From: Thermoanaerobaculia bacterium
Lineage (GTDB): Bacteria; Acidobacteriota; Thermoanaerobaculia; Multivoradales; UBA5704
Direction of reading: 5' to 3'
Length of the DNA stretch: 64,000 bases
Assembly (NCBI GenBank): GCA_044226625.1
Contig: JBGAGQ010000025.1
Coordinates: 1-64,000, forward strand
Of the stretch, positions 8,188 to 18,048 are shown in pieces. Within the stretch, counting starts at the first letter, position 1; every line of letters begins with the position of its first letter. A program made the position numbers and the translations under genes. Under the pieces are notes generated by a model that was given only the letters and a program-made list of their open reading frames with translations, was not told the origin of the DNA and did no database searches.

Positions 8188-9158
8188 CCGTTGCCTTTTT
8201 GCACCTCAAGAAACGCGATCATAGCGCGCACCGTTTCCTCCGGCTTCTCTTCCATCGGCGAGTGCCCGCAGCGTTCGATCGCGACGAAGGTCGAGCCCGC
8301 TATCTGCGCCGCCGCGCGGCGACCGCCTTCGATCTTCACGGTGCGGTCTTCGACTCCCCAGACCCAGAGCGACGGTTTGCGGATCGAGGCGAGGTCGATC
8401 GGCGGGCCGGCGGAGGGAAGCGGAAGCGAGAGACCGACGTAGGCGTCGAGGACCCCCTCGATCGCGAGCCGGGAGACGTATTCCCGCGCGGTCTCGAGCG
8501 TGGCGAGGGAGTCGTCGAAGTAGGCCCTCTCCAGGCTGCGGCGGATCGAGCCCGGCTTCAAAGCGACGCCGAGCGCGAGGCGCGACAGCGTGCGGGAACG
8601 AGCGAGACGGCTCTTGGTTTCGTCGGGATAGGTCGGCGCCGCGCTGTCGATCAGGATGAGGGAGCGCACCCGCTCCGGGTGGCGCGCGGCGAGCGCGAGC
8701 GAGAGCGCGCCGCCGTAGGAATGGCCCGCGACGTGGGCCGATTCGATGCCGAGCGCGTCGAGCACGCCGAGGACCAGCCGCAGCTGGCCGTCACGCGAAT
8801 AGGCGGCGGGCTCCTTCGGGCGTTCGGTGGAGCCGAAGCCGTTCAAGTCGATCGCGATCGTGCGGTAGCGCTCGGAAAGCGCGGGGACCACCTTGCGCCA
8901 GGAATACGTCGATTCGCCGAAGCCGTGGAGCATCAGGAGCGGCTCGCCTTCGCCGCGCTGCTCGACGTGCACGGTCCGCCCGTCGATCGTCAACTGGTCG
9001 CTCGGCGGGAGCGTGCCGCGGACTACCGCATACGGCGTGAACGACGCGCAGCCGAGGGCCGAAATGGGGAGGCAGAGAGGGATCCAGAGGAGGAGGGAAC
9101 GGACCGCGCGACGAAGGCCGGGCGGTCGATGGGGGCAGGGCACGGTTGAGGCTACCAT
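8184..9158 (-). CDS. Alpha/beta-fold hydrolase (possible lipoprotein or secreted)
   Basis: LHGFG oxyanion motif, GHSYGG nucleophile elbow, WGVED acid, CGH catalytic His; hydrophobic N-terminus ending LGC. Start uncertain. Confidence 0.85.
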   Translation of the reverse strand: MVASTVPCPHRPPGLRRAVRSLLLWIPLCLPISALGCASFTPYAVVRGTLPPSDQLTIDGRTVHVEQRGEGEPLLMLHGFGESTYSWRKVVPALSERYRTIAIDLNGFGSTERPKEPAAYSRDGQLRLVLGVLDALGIESAHVAGHSYGGALSLALAARHPERVRSLILIDSAAPTYPDETKSRLARSRTLSRLALGVALKPGSIRRSLERAYFDDSLATLETAREYVSRLAIEGVLDAYVGLSLPLPSAGPPIDLASIRKPSLWVWGVEDRTVKIEGGRRAAAQIAGSTFVAIERCGHSPMEEKPEETVRAMIAFLEVQKGNG

Positions 9159-9251
9159 GGGGTTCTCAGAGGCCCCACGCTCGATGTGCGCTAAACTTTG
9201 AAGAGATTTCATCTGTTCTCGGACCTCGTCCACCCGGGGGGAATGCCTGCC

Positions 9252-9779
9252 ATGAACCGTAAGACACAAGCTCTCGTCGTCGTCTCGATCTTCGCGCTCG
9301 GCGCGGCGGTCGGTTATGCCGCCAAGAAGACCGACGTCCCAAGCCTCTACGTGGGATCCCAGCCGAAGGATGCCAGCGCCGCGCTCCTCGCGCTCGCCCA
9401 GGAGGCGGCGGAGGACGGTACGTGGGAGAACCTCGGCGTCGCCCGCGTGGTCTACCTGTCAGGCGACAAGGCGGCCGGCCAAGCGATGATCGACAAGTAC
9501 ACCGGCCCGAAAGCCGAGGGAGGGGAGTGGATCCGCGCCGGGCGCATCTACTGGGAAGCCGGCGAATGGGACAAGGCCAAGCGCGCCTTCGACAAGGTGC
9601 TCCAGCTGGAGCCGAAAGACGCCGACTGGCTGGCCGAGATCGGCTCCTACTACATGCTCAAGGGCGATCGCCCGAAAGCCGAGGCGCTGTTTACGCGCTC
9701 GTTCGCCCAGGAGCCGAACGCGGTCTGGAACCTGCTCCGCGCGGCGTCGGCGTACGCGGGAATTCAACCTCCCGCCTGA
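9252..9779 (+). CDS. Secreted TPR-containing protein
   Basis: Signal-peptide-like MNRKTQALVVVSIFALGAAVGYA; TPR-like GRIYWEAGEWDKAKRAFDKVLQLEP. Confidence 0.75.
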   Translation: MNRKTQALVVVSIFALGAAVGYAAKKTDVPSLYVGSQPKDASAALLALAQEAAEDGTWENLGVARVVYLSGDKAAGQAMIDKYTGPKAEGGEWIRAGRIYWEAGEWDKAKRAFDKVLQLEPKDADWLAEIGSYYMLKGDRPKAEALFTRSFAQEPNAVWNLLRAASAYAGIQPPA

Positions 9780-9879
9780 GCCGAGCGCTTCGCGGAGCCG
9801 ACAGCGAGGTTCGCTCTCGGAAGCCGAGGATCTGGCCGGGAGAGCGGCTCGCCTCGGCGGAGCTGCGAAATCGGCCGCC

Positions 9880-10103
9880 GATAGCTGCTATCGGCCGCCG
9901 ATAGCGATTTTCCGGCGCCAGGAAGCGGCTATCCGGCGTCGATAGCGATTTTCCAACTCCAGATAGCCGCTATCCGGTCCCGATAGCGGCTATCCAGCGC
10001 AGATAGTGATTTTCCAGTGCCAGATAGCGGCTATCGGCCGCAGATAGCCGCTAGCCAGCTCGATCAAACGGCTATCCGTCGCCGATAGCGGCTTCCTGGC
10101 GCC
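9880..10103. repeat. Intergenic array of 11 units of 20-21 bp with palindromic core GATAGC-N-GCTATC (variant GATAGCGATTTTCC)
   Basis: Unit starts at 9880, 9900, 9921, 9941, 9962, 9982, 10002, 10023, 10043, 10064 (degenerate) and 10084. Confidence 0.85.
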
Positions 10104-10378
10104 GTTTTGAAGCGATGCCGCCCCAGGAGCGGCTCTCCGCTGAGTCGAGTCGCTTTGCGCGTCCTAGAGCCGCGATTCGAGCCGCATCGTCGCGATCCAC
10201 TGTCGATAGCCGCCAACCCGGGCCGGCCGGCGCTCTAGAGCGAGCGAACGGATCTTACTCGGCTCGAAGCGGCTGCGAGCGGCGGAGCCATGACGTCGTT
10301 CCCGGCCGGGGGGGACCTTCCTCCGGCGAGGGATGTTCCGTATCCTCCTCCGCGCGGACCGCTTGAAGGAGAGGTTCC

Positions 10379-11932
10379 ATGCCGGCCTACGCGTATCGTT
10401 CGGCGACCGAGACTTCTCAGCCGGCTCCTTTCGAGTCATCGATGCCGCGCCTTACCGTCGCGAAGCGGCCATTCTCCGCGCCGCCGCCTCGCGACGGGTC
10501 GAGCGGAGCCTCGGTTCCAACCCTGGAAACGGCTTCGCGGCTCGGTCATCGCTACGAGAGCCCCCAACGCTTCGAGCCTTTCGAGCGGCCCGCTCCCGTG
10601 CCGAGCTTCGCGCGGACCGAAGGCGCGCCGATCCAGCGCGAGCTCGGCCGGAAGGCGTTCCAGCGCGGCACGGGAAGCCTCGCCGGGCCGCAGCGCAATC
10701 TGGTCCATCAGGCGATCCGGGCCTACAACCGCGGGCACGATCCGACCGACAACAGCGAGGCGCATCTACACCAACAGCTGGCGGCGCTCGACGACGTCGA
10801 GCACAAGCTCTACGCCCTCTCGCATCACGCCGATTTCACCAGCGCGACCCTCGCCGATCAGCGCAGCGCGACCGCCGTCTCGGATCTGCTCAACCAGGTC
10901 CAGGCGGAGCATCGCCAGTTGATCCAGCGCACCGTGCAGCACCAGCGGCAGCTCTGGGTGCACGGCGCCGTCAACCCGACCGAGCGCGCCGCCGTCAACT
11001 CCACCTGGAACGCCCTGGTGGCCGGCAACGGCGCGTTTCGGGTGAGCGACGAGACGAACGACATGGGAGGGCGGGTGAGGATTCCTCAGGGCGCCAAGGA
11101 CGATCTGCACGGCGAGATCCTCGCCCATTCCGCGCGCCTTCTTTCCCGCCCCGCCGGGCGGCGTCTGCTCCACGGGCTCCGCGAGCGGTCGAGCGACAGC
11201 TACCGCGTATCCCACGCGCTCGGCCTCGGCTCGCATCCCCGGGAGGTAGGGTTCGAGGTGAGCAACCTCTACACGCTCCAGGGAGGCGGTCCTGGAAGCC
11301 TGAACTACAAGGCTTTCGACGGAGGAAGCGACGAGGCCGGCCCGCAGGACACGCCGACCGGGCTCGCCCCCGGCCGCGGCGACAGCTCACTGGTGAAGGT
11401 CTCGCCGGGTTTGAAAGACGCGTCGCTGCTCGATCGGGACGCCGCGGGCCGGCGGATCGTTTCCCCGTCGTTCGTCGGCTTCGGCCACGAGCTGATCCAC
11501 GCCGGACGTTACCAACGCGGCGCCTACGTGCCGGGCAACTACGCGGCGGCCAACCTGCCGGGCGGGTATCACGACAACCTGGAGGAATTCCTCACCATCG
11601 CGGACGCGGCCCAGCGCCCGGCGCTCGGGGCCAACGCCTTCCAGCCGTACGTTCGCGGCCAGAGCGTCCCCTCGACCTTCGGCCAGGTCGCGGCGCTCGG
11701 CGGCGACCTGCCGACCGAAGCCGAGATCCGCGCCGAGCACGGCTTGGAGATCCGCAGCGGCCACGACGCCCCGATCGCGAACCCGGCCCATCACGCGGGC
11801 GGGATCAACACCGTTCCCGACACCCAAGACTGGGAAGCGCACCACGTCGGCGGACACGCGACGCCGGTCGTTCCGCCGGTCTCCTACCTCTCCCGGATCG
11901 GCAACGCCGCTCGTCGGTTGAAGTTCTGGTGA
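10379..11932 (+). CDS. Putative effector with a C-terminal M91 (NleD-like) zinc metallopeptidase
   Basis: SPSFVGFGHELIHA (HExxH at 11486-11500), downstream EEFLTI and TEAEIRAEHGLEIRSGH; low-complexity N-terminus with LGHRYE and APIQR; GGAGAGG RBS. Confidence 0.7.
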   Translation: MPAYAYRSATETSQPAPFESSMPRLTVAKRPFSAPPPRDGSSGASVPTLETASRLGHRYESPQRFEPFERPAPVPSFARTEGAPIQRELGRKAFQRGTGSLAGPQRNLVHQAIRAYNRGHDPTDNSEAHLHQQLAALDDVEHKLYALSHHADFTSATLADQRSATAVSDLLNQVQAEHRQLIQRTVQHQRQLWVHGAVNPTERAAVNSTWNALVAGNGAFRVSDETNDMGGRVRIPQGAKDDLHGEILAHSARLLSRPAGRRLLHGLRERSSDSYRVSHALGLGSHPREVGFEVSNLYTLQGGGPGSLNYKAFDGGSDEAGPQDTPTGLAPGRGDSSLVKVSPGLKDASLLDRDAAGRRIVSPSFVGFGHELIHAGRYQRGAYVPGNYAAANLPGGYHDNLEEFLTIADAAQRPALGANAFQPYVRGQSVPSTFGQVAALGGDLPTEAEIRAEHGLEIRSGHDAPIANPAHHAGGINTVPDTQDWEAHHVGGHATPVVPPVSYLSRIGNAARRLKFW

Positions 11933-11984
11933 GGGTTGCTCGTTAGCTCCAAGACGGAGCTGACGCTCGGGGAAGCGATGGTGC

Positions 11985-12257
11985 CTAGGCGAGGCCGAGC
12001 TCTTCGAGCGACCGAGCGGTGAGGATCCGCTCCCCGAGCGCCCCCAGCTCTTCGGTCGAACGGATCGCCTCGACTCGGGCCACCACCTGGCCCGTGAGCG
12101 ACGGAAAGCGGTTGCGGAGCTGGCGCAGGAGAAGTTCGCGCATCCCGGTCTCCAGGCCCTGCTCCAAGCCCTTCTCCAGACCCTGCTCGCGTCCTTCCTG
12201 TCGGCCTCTCTCGATGCCGCGCGCTTCGACTTTCTCTTCCCAGGTAACAGCTTTCAT
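11985..12257 (-). CDS. Internal small ORF of Rpn-like copy 2 (Rpn-S-like, 90 aa)
   Basis: GGAGG-tcgaa-ATG at 12257, identical context to copy 1; one extra 4-aa GLEx repeat. Confidence 0.55.
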   Translation of the reverse strand: MKAVTWEEKVEARGIERGRQEGREQGLEKGLEQGLETGMRELLLRQLRNRFPSLTGQVVARVEAIRSTEELGALGERILTARSLEELGLA

Positions 12258-12611
12258 TTCGACCTCCGGTTTACCGTGCCGGGCGCGGAGTTCGGCGTAC
12301 TCCCGGGCCGCTCCGCCCCCCAATTCTAGATAGGTTGCCACACAGTTGAACAGCAGGAAGCGCTCGACGTCGCTCAAAGGCTCGGCCTCGGCGATCTTTG
12401 CGAAACAGAGACGGCGAAGCCCGCGGCGGTCGCGGTTCGCGGGCCGTCCCAGGGCGGCGAAAGCCCAGGCGAGCGGCTCCGGGTGCGCGAGGAGGTCGTC
12501 GGCGCGAACGCCGGAGAGGCCGAAGCTCCGGTAGGAGAAGGTCCCGACCTCCCGGCCGCAGGACGATTCGACCAGCCGCGAAGCCTGGGCTCCTGGCGGA
12601 CCGCCTCGCAG
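11985..12611 (-). pseudogene. Rpn/YhgA-like protein, 5'-truncated (copy 2)
   Basis: Clear paralog of 427-1040 (LRGGP...ESSCGRE...FLLFNCVATYLELGGGAA...SLEELGLA). Similarity ends at about 12611, so the nuclease motifs are gone. Confidence 0.8.
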
Positions 12612-12699
12612 AAAAGGGGGGTAAATCTCGATCGGGCATGTCGCGGCGCCGATACCGTAGGATCCCGCGCGGAACGGGAAGCCGACGCGAGGACCATCC

Positions 12700-15501
12700 A
12701 TGCCGCCGTCACCGCCATCACGTTGGGAGCGGATCGAGGACCTTTTCGCCGCCTGCCTCGGGCGGACGACGGGGGAGCGCGCGGCGCTGCTCGAGCGGGA
12801 GTGCGCGGAGGACGAGGAGCTTCGCCGCGAGGTCGAGTCGCTTCTTTCCGCCCATGACACGCCAGAGGGGATTCTCGACGCGCCGCCGCCGATTTCTCCT
12901 TCCGGGTCAGTGAGCGCTCCGGCTCTGCTCGCGCAGGGAACGCGTCTGGGTCCGTGGCGGCTCGGTCCCCTCCTCGGTCGGGGGGGCGCGGGCGAGGTCT
13001 ATGCCGCCGAGCGCGCGGACGGCGCGTTCGAGCAGAAGGTCGCGGTAAAGGTCCTGCAAGTCGAGGCGGCGGCGCAGCTCCCGCGATTCCACGCCGAACG
13101 GCGCATCCTCGCGCGGCTCGAGCATCCCGGCATCGCCCGGCTGCTCGACGGCGGCGTCACCGCGGACGGGCGGCCCTACGCGGTGATCGAGTACGTCGAG
13201 GGGCGGCCGCTGGTGGAGCACTGCCGCGAGCGCGGGTGCGATCTCGCCGAGCGCCTTCGGCTGTTCGGCCAGGTCTGCGACGCGGTGGCCCACGCGCATC
13301 GCAACCTGGTCATCCATCGCGACCTCAAGCCGGCCAACATCCTGGTTGGCGCCGACGGCCGCGTGAAGCTGCTCGACTTCGGTATCGCCAAGCTGCTCGA
13401 GGTCGGAGAGACGGGAGAGACGGGCGCCGCCGCGGACCTCACCCGCGCGCCGCTCACCCCCGACTACGCGGCGCCCGAGCAGCTGACCGGGGAGCCGGTG
13501 ACCACCGCGACCGACGTCTACGCGCTCGGCATTCTGCTTTTCGAGCTGCTCACCGGCGAGCGCCCCTGGCGCAGCGGCGAGTTACCCATCGCGAGCGCCG
13601 TAAGGCTCCTGCTCGAAAAGGAGGCACCCCCGGCGAGCCGGGTGGCGCGCGAGGCTCGCGGCGGACAATCTCCCGTGCCGGCGCGCGCGCTCGAGGGCGA
13701 TCTCGACGCCATCGTCGCCAAATGCCTGCGGAAGGAGCCGGAGCATCGCTACGAATCGGTCGCGGCCCTCTCAGAGGACCTGGAGCGCAATCGGCGCCGC
13801 GAGCCCGTTCGGGCCCGAGAGGGCGCCGGTTTGTACGTGCTCGGCCGCGTGCTCCTCCGTCATCGCTGGGCCGTCGCGGGAACCGCCGCCGTGCTCCTCT
13901 CGCTCGCCGTGGGCCTCGCGGCGTTCGCCTGGCAGGCGCGGCAGGCGAAGCTGGAGCGCGACGTCGCGCGCCGCGCCTCGAATCGGGAGGAGGCGATCCG
14001 CGATCACCTGACCCGCCTGTTCCGGACCTCGCTCGCCGAGCCCGCCGGTTCCACCGCCGAGCCGATCACGGCGAAGACCATGCTCGACCGCAGCGCCCAG
14101 CGGGTGCTCGCGGAGTATCGCGACGATCCGCGGCTCGCGGGCGAGGTGGTCGAGACCCTGGCCGACCTCTACGGCGCGTTGGGCGACGTCGAGGGAGAGG
14201 CGCCGCTGCTCGAAGGCTTTCTCGCCGCCGCCGGTCCGGAAGCCGAGCCGCAGGCGGTGGCGCTCGCGCGGCAGAAGCTCGCGAGCATCGAGCTGGTGCG
14301 CGGCCGGCCGGAGCGCGCCGCGCCGCTGCTCGACCGGGCGGAGGCTTTCTGGAAGAACGATCCGGGGCTCTATCGCGAACAGCGCCTGGAGGGGCTCCTC
14401 ATCCGCGCGCAGCTGCTGCGTGCGCAAGGAAACCTCGACGGCTCGATCGCGACGTTTCGCCAGGCGATCGCCGAACGGACGGCGCTGTCCGGCGAGGCGC
14501 ATCGCGAGACCGCGAACCTCTACAACTCCCTCGCGATCACGCTCACCGCGGCCACCCGCCTCGACGAGGCCCTCGCCGCCCACCGGAAGGCGCTCGACAT
14601 CTACCGGCGGATCGGCCGCGGCGAGGACGTCGAGGCGCTCGTGCTGCTCGGCAACATCGGCACGCTCGCGTACCGGATCGGCCGCGTCGGCGAAGCCGAG
14701 GAGATGCTCGGCACGGCCTATCGCAAGCAGCGGGCGGTGGCGGGCGATTCCGCGGCCGTGGCCGCCGCGATGGGGCTCTACGGCGCGGCGCTCAACGCGC
14801 GGGGCCGCTCCGCCGAGGCGGTGCCGGTGCTGCGCGAGGCGGTCGGGATGGCGACGCGCTTTACCGGTCCGTCGAGCCCTCTCGCGGTTCAGGACCGGCA
14901 GTTCCTCATCGACGCGTTGGCCGCGGCGGGAGAGCTCGAAGCGGCTCGGGGGGCGCTCGCCGAGAACCTGGAGATCGCGCGCCGGCAGTTCGGACCCACC
15001 CACATCCTCACGCTCGTCCAGCGGCTCGCCGAGGCGAAGCTCGCCCTGCTCGCCGGTCGGCCGGCGCAGGCCCAGGCAGAGGTCGAGGAGGTTCTTGCGG
15101 GACTCCGCGCGCTCGGCGGTCCGGGCGCTCCGGCGGCATCCGCCGCGTCGGCGGCTCCCTGGATCGCTCGCGGTCGGATCGTCGGAGGCGACGCGCTGCT
15201 CGCTCTCGGCGAGCCGGTCGAGGCGGCGGCCGGATTCCGCGAGGCGGTCGCAATCCGCGAGAAGCTCCTCTGGGCCGGCAGCTGGGAGCTCGCCGAAGCG
15301 AGAGCCCGGCTGGGCGAGGCGCTGGTCCTCGGTGCCGCGGCCGGCGGGGCGAAGGACGGCGCGGCTAACGCTGCCGAGGGAAGGCGGCTTCTCGAGCAGG
15401 CGGAGATCGTCCTGCGGACCGAGCTCGGCGCCGACCATCCGCAGACCCTGCGCGCGGCCCGAGCCCGCGCGCGGGAAACGCAGGCGAACAGTCCGAGCTA
15501 G
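12700..15501 (+). CDS. Hanks-type Ser/Thr protein kinase with a transmembrane helix and TPR-like C-terminus
   Basis: LGRGGAGEVY, VAVK, HRDLKPAN, DFG, APE, DVYALG; TM segment WAVAGTAAVLLSLAVGLAAFAW. Confidence 0.92.
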   Translation: MPPSPPSRWERIEDLFAACLGRTTGERAALLERECAEDEELRREVESLLSAHDTPEGILDAPPPISPSGSVSAPALLAQGTRLGPWRLGPLLGRGGAGEVYAAERADGAFEQKVAVKVLQVEAAAQLPRFHAERRILARLEHPGIARLLDGGVTADGRPYAVIEYVEGRPLVEHCRERGCDLAERLRLFGQVCDAVAHAHRNLVIHRDLKPANILVGADGRVKLLDFGIAKLLEVGETGETGAAADLTRAPLTPDYAAPEQLTGEPVTTATDVYALGILLFELLTGERPWRSGELPIASAVRLLLEKEAPPASRVAREARGGQSPVPARALEGDLDAIVAKCLRKEPEHRYESVAALSEDLERNRRREPVRAREGAGLYVLGRVLLRHRWAVAGTAAVLLSLAVGLAAFAWQARQAKLERDVARRASNREEAIRDHLTRLFRTSLAEPAGSTAEPITAKTMLDRSAQRVLAEYRDDPRLAGEVVETLADLYGALGDVEGEAPLLEGFLAAAGPEAEPQAVALARQKLASIELVRGRPERAAPLLDRAEAFWKNDPGLYREQRLEGLLIRAQLLRAQGNLDGSIATFRQAIAERTALSGEAHRETANLYNSLAITLTAATRLDEALAAHRKALDIYRRIGRGEDVEALVLLGNIGTLAYRIGRVGEAEEMLGTAYRKQRAVAGDSAAVAAAMGLYGAALNARGRSAEAVPVLREAVGMATRFTGPSSPLAVQDRQFLIDALAAAGELEAARGALAENLEIARRQFGPTHILTLVQRLAEAKLALLAGRPAQAQAEVEEVLAGLRALGGPGAPAASAASAAPWIARGRIVGGDALLALGEPVEAAAGFREAVAIREKLLWAGSWELAEARARLGEALVLGAAAGGAKDGAANAAEGRRLLEQAEIVLRTELGADHPQTLRAARARARETQANSPS

Positions 15502-15648
15502 CGGTCGCCCTCGCACCCACGAAGGGTGGGCATGGGTTCCGCGCGAGGGGCATCTTTCCTGGGGGTGTCCGGTTTTCCCACCCTTCCTGTTCTTAGAGAC
15601 AGGGGAGCCGTTCGGCTCGCTCGTCTCTAGCCACGGGAAGGGAGATCC

Positions 15649-18048
15649 ATGTCGTCGAGAACCGCGGCCGTCCTGCTGCTCGTCCTCACCGGCTCGCTCG
15701 GCGCGGCGCACACCGCGCGGTCGGCCACGATCACCGTCAACGGCACCGGCGACACCATCGCGCTCGACGGGAGCATCACCCTGCGCGAGGCGATCGCCTC
15801 GTTCAACGCCGGGGCCAACGTCAACGCCGACGTGGCGCCGGTCGGCACCTACGGATCCGGCGACACCGTCGCCTTCAACATCGCCGGCGCCGGTCCGCAC
15901 ACGATCTCGGTCGGCGCCCTCGCGCTGCCGGTCATCGCGCGGCCGATGATCATCAGCGGCTACTCGCAACCGGGCAGCTTTCAGAACACCCTTGCCGTGG
16001 GCGACAACGCGGTGCTCAACATCGTGCTCCAGGGGACCACCTCCGGCGTGCACGGTCTCGAAATCGGACCCGGGGGCTCCGGCTCGGCGATCTCGGGGCT
16101 CGTGCTCCAGCACCATTTCTTCGCGCTGCAGATCACCGGCAGCAACGTCATCGTCTCGGGCAACTTCATCGGCACCGATCGCGGCGCGACCCTGTCCGAC
16201 GCCACGACGACCAACGCCGTCGGGGTGAACATCGGCAGCGGCAACATCGGCAACAACCTCATCGGCGGTTCGACCCCGGCGGAGCGCAACGTGATTTCCG
16301 GCAACGCCGGCGGCATCATCATGAACTCGCAGCTGTCGAACACCGTGCGCGGCAACTACATCGGCGTCAACGGCGCCGGCACGGTGGCCATTCCGAACGG
16401 CGCGGCGGGCATCAACCTCGGCTCCTTGGGCGTGCCCACGATCGGCGGCGCCGTGATCGGCGGCGTCACCGGCATCCCCGGGCAGGGAGCCGGCAACGTC
16501 ATCTCCGGCAACGGCTTGCGCGGGATCCAGATCGCGACCGGCGGCCTGCCGACCGTGATCGGTCCGGTGAGCATCGAAGGGAACATCCTCGGCCTCGACG
16601 CCACCGGCACGAACCCGATCCCCAACGCCGGCCCCAACGTGTACCTCTTCGACATGGCGCTGCCGGACGACGGGATTCCGCGGATCGGCCCGGTGTCGAT
16701 CGGCGGCTCGGCCGCGGGCTCGCGCAACGTCCTCTCCGCCTCCGGCCACGGCCTGTTCGCGCGGGCCGGCGGGACGATCGTCCGAGGCAACTACATCGGG
16801 ACCGACATCACCGGCACGATCGCTCGCCCGAACACGTTCGGCATCGAGCTCTCGAACACGTTGGCCTTCGCCGGCGGCGCCACGATCGGCGGCACGGGGC
16901 CGAACGACGGCAACGTCATCTCGGGCAACGCGAGCGACGCCGTGCGGGTCTTCCTCTCGACGGCCACGCTGCAAGGCAACCGGATCGGCGTCTCGGCCAC
17001 CGGGACGCCGCTCGGCAACGGCGGCCTCGGCATCTTCGTCGACAGCGGTCTCGCGACGATCGGCGGCACGGCCGCGGGCGCCGGGAACACGATCGCCAAC
17101 AACGGCGACACGGGAGTCCAGGTGCGCATCGGCTTCTCGGTCGTCCGCAACGCCTCGGAGGCGTCGATCCTCGGCAACTCGATCAGCGGCAATTCCCTCC
17201 TCGGGATCAACAACTCGGTACCCGATCTGGTGACCGCGAACGACGCCGGTGACGGCGACTCCGGGCCGAACGGACTCCAGAACTTCCCGGTCGTCACCTC
17301 GGCGACGCTCGGTGCGGGCAACGTCACCGTCTCCGGCACGCTCAACAGCGCGGCCTCGGCCACCTACCGCGTCGAGCTGTTCTCGAATCCGGGCTGTGAC
17401 ACGTTGGGTTTCGGCGAAGGAGCTACGTTCCTCGGCTCCGTCGACGTCTCGACCGACGGCAGCGGCAACGGCAGCTTCGGCCCCGTCGTCTTCGCGATCC
17501 CCGCCGGCGAGCCGGTGATCACCGCCACGGCGACCGATCCGGCCGGTCACACGTCGGAGTTTTCGAGCTGCGTCACCGCGACGGGAGGACCGCCGCCGCT
17601 CCCGACGCTGTCGATCGACAGCGTCTCGCACAGCGAAGGGAACGCGGGCACGACGGTCTACACCTTCACCGTGACGCTCTCGGCGGCGAGCGCGACGCCG
17701 GTGACGGTCGCCTACGCCACCTCGGACGCGAGCGCCACGACGGCGAGCTCCGATTACATGGCGGCGGCGGGCGTCCTGACCTTCACGCCGGGCGGGCCGC
17801 TCACGCAGACGATCACGGTGAACGTCGTGGGCGACGTCACGGTCGAGCCGGACGAGACCTTCCTCGTCACGCTCTCTGCACCTTCGGGCGCTACGCTCGC
17901 GACCGCGCAAGGGACCGGGACGATCGTCAACGACGACGTCACGGGTCCTCCGCCTCCGCCGGCGGAGATCCCAACCCTGTCGCAGTGGGGGATGCTGCTT
18001 TTTGTCGGCGCGCTCGCGCTGCTCGCGGTGGCGCGTCTGACGCGCTAG
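15649..18048 (+). CDS. Secreted beta-helix repeat + Calx-beta protein with an IPTL-CTERM sorting signal
   Basis: Signal peptide; CSLREA-like ITLREAI; repeated GNxIG / NVISGN; Calx-beta-like EPDETFLVTLS; C-terminal EIPTLSQWGMLL + TM + Arg. Confidence 0.85.
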   Translation: MSSRTAAVLLLVLTGSLGAAHTARSATITVNGTGDTIALDGSITLREAIASFNAGANVNADVAPVGTYGSGDTVAFNIAGAGPHTISVGALALPVIARPMIISGYSQPGSFQNTLAVGDNAVLNIVLQGTTSGVHGLEIGPGGSGSAISGLVLQHHFFALQITGSNVIVSGNFIGTDRGATLSDATTTNAVGVNIGSGNIGNNLIGGSTPAERNVISGNAGGIIMNSQLSNTVRGNYIGVNGAGTVAIPNGAAGINLGSLGVPTIGGAVIGGVTGIPGQGAGNVISGNGLRGIQIATGGLPTVIGPVSIEGNILGLDATGTNPIPNAGPNVYLFDMALPDDGIPRIGPVSIGGSAAGSRNVLSASGHGLFARAGGTIVRGNYIGTDITGTIARPNTFGIELSNTLAFAGGATIGGTGPNDGNVISGNASDAVRVFLSTATLQGNRIGVSATGTPLGNGGLGIFVDSGLATIGGTAAGAGNTIANNGDTGVQVRIGFSVVRNASEASILGNSISGNSLLGINNSVPDLVTANDAGDGDSGPNGLQNFPVVTSATLGAGNVTVSGTLNSAASATYRVELFSNPGCDTLGFGEGATFLGSVDVSTDGSGNGSFGPVVFAIPAGEPVITATATDPAGHTSEFSSCVTATGGPPPLPTLSIDSVSHSEGNAGTTVYTFTVTLSAASATPVTVAYATSDASATTASSDYMAAAGVLTFTPGGPLTQTITVNVVGDVTVEPDETFLVTLSAPSGATLATAQGTGTIVNDDVTGPPPPPAEIPTLSQWGMLLFVGALALLAVARLTR

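Noticed and set aside
9880-10103. CRISPR array
   Set aside because: The repeats are only 13-14 bp and the linkers 6-7 bp, far below CRISPR sizes, and no cas gene is in the window.
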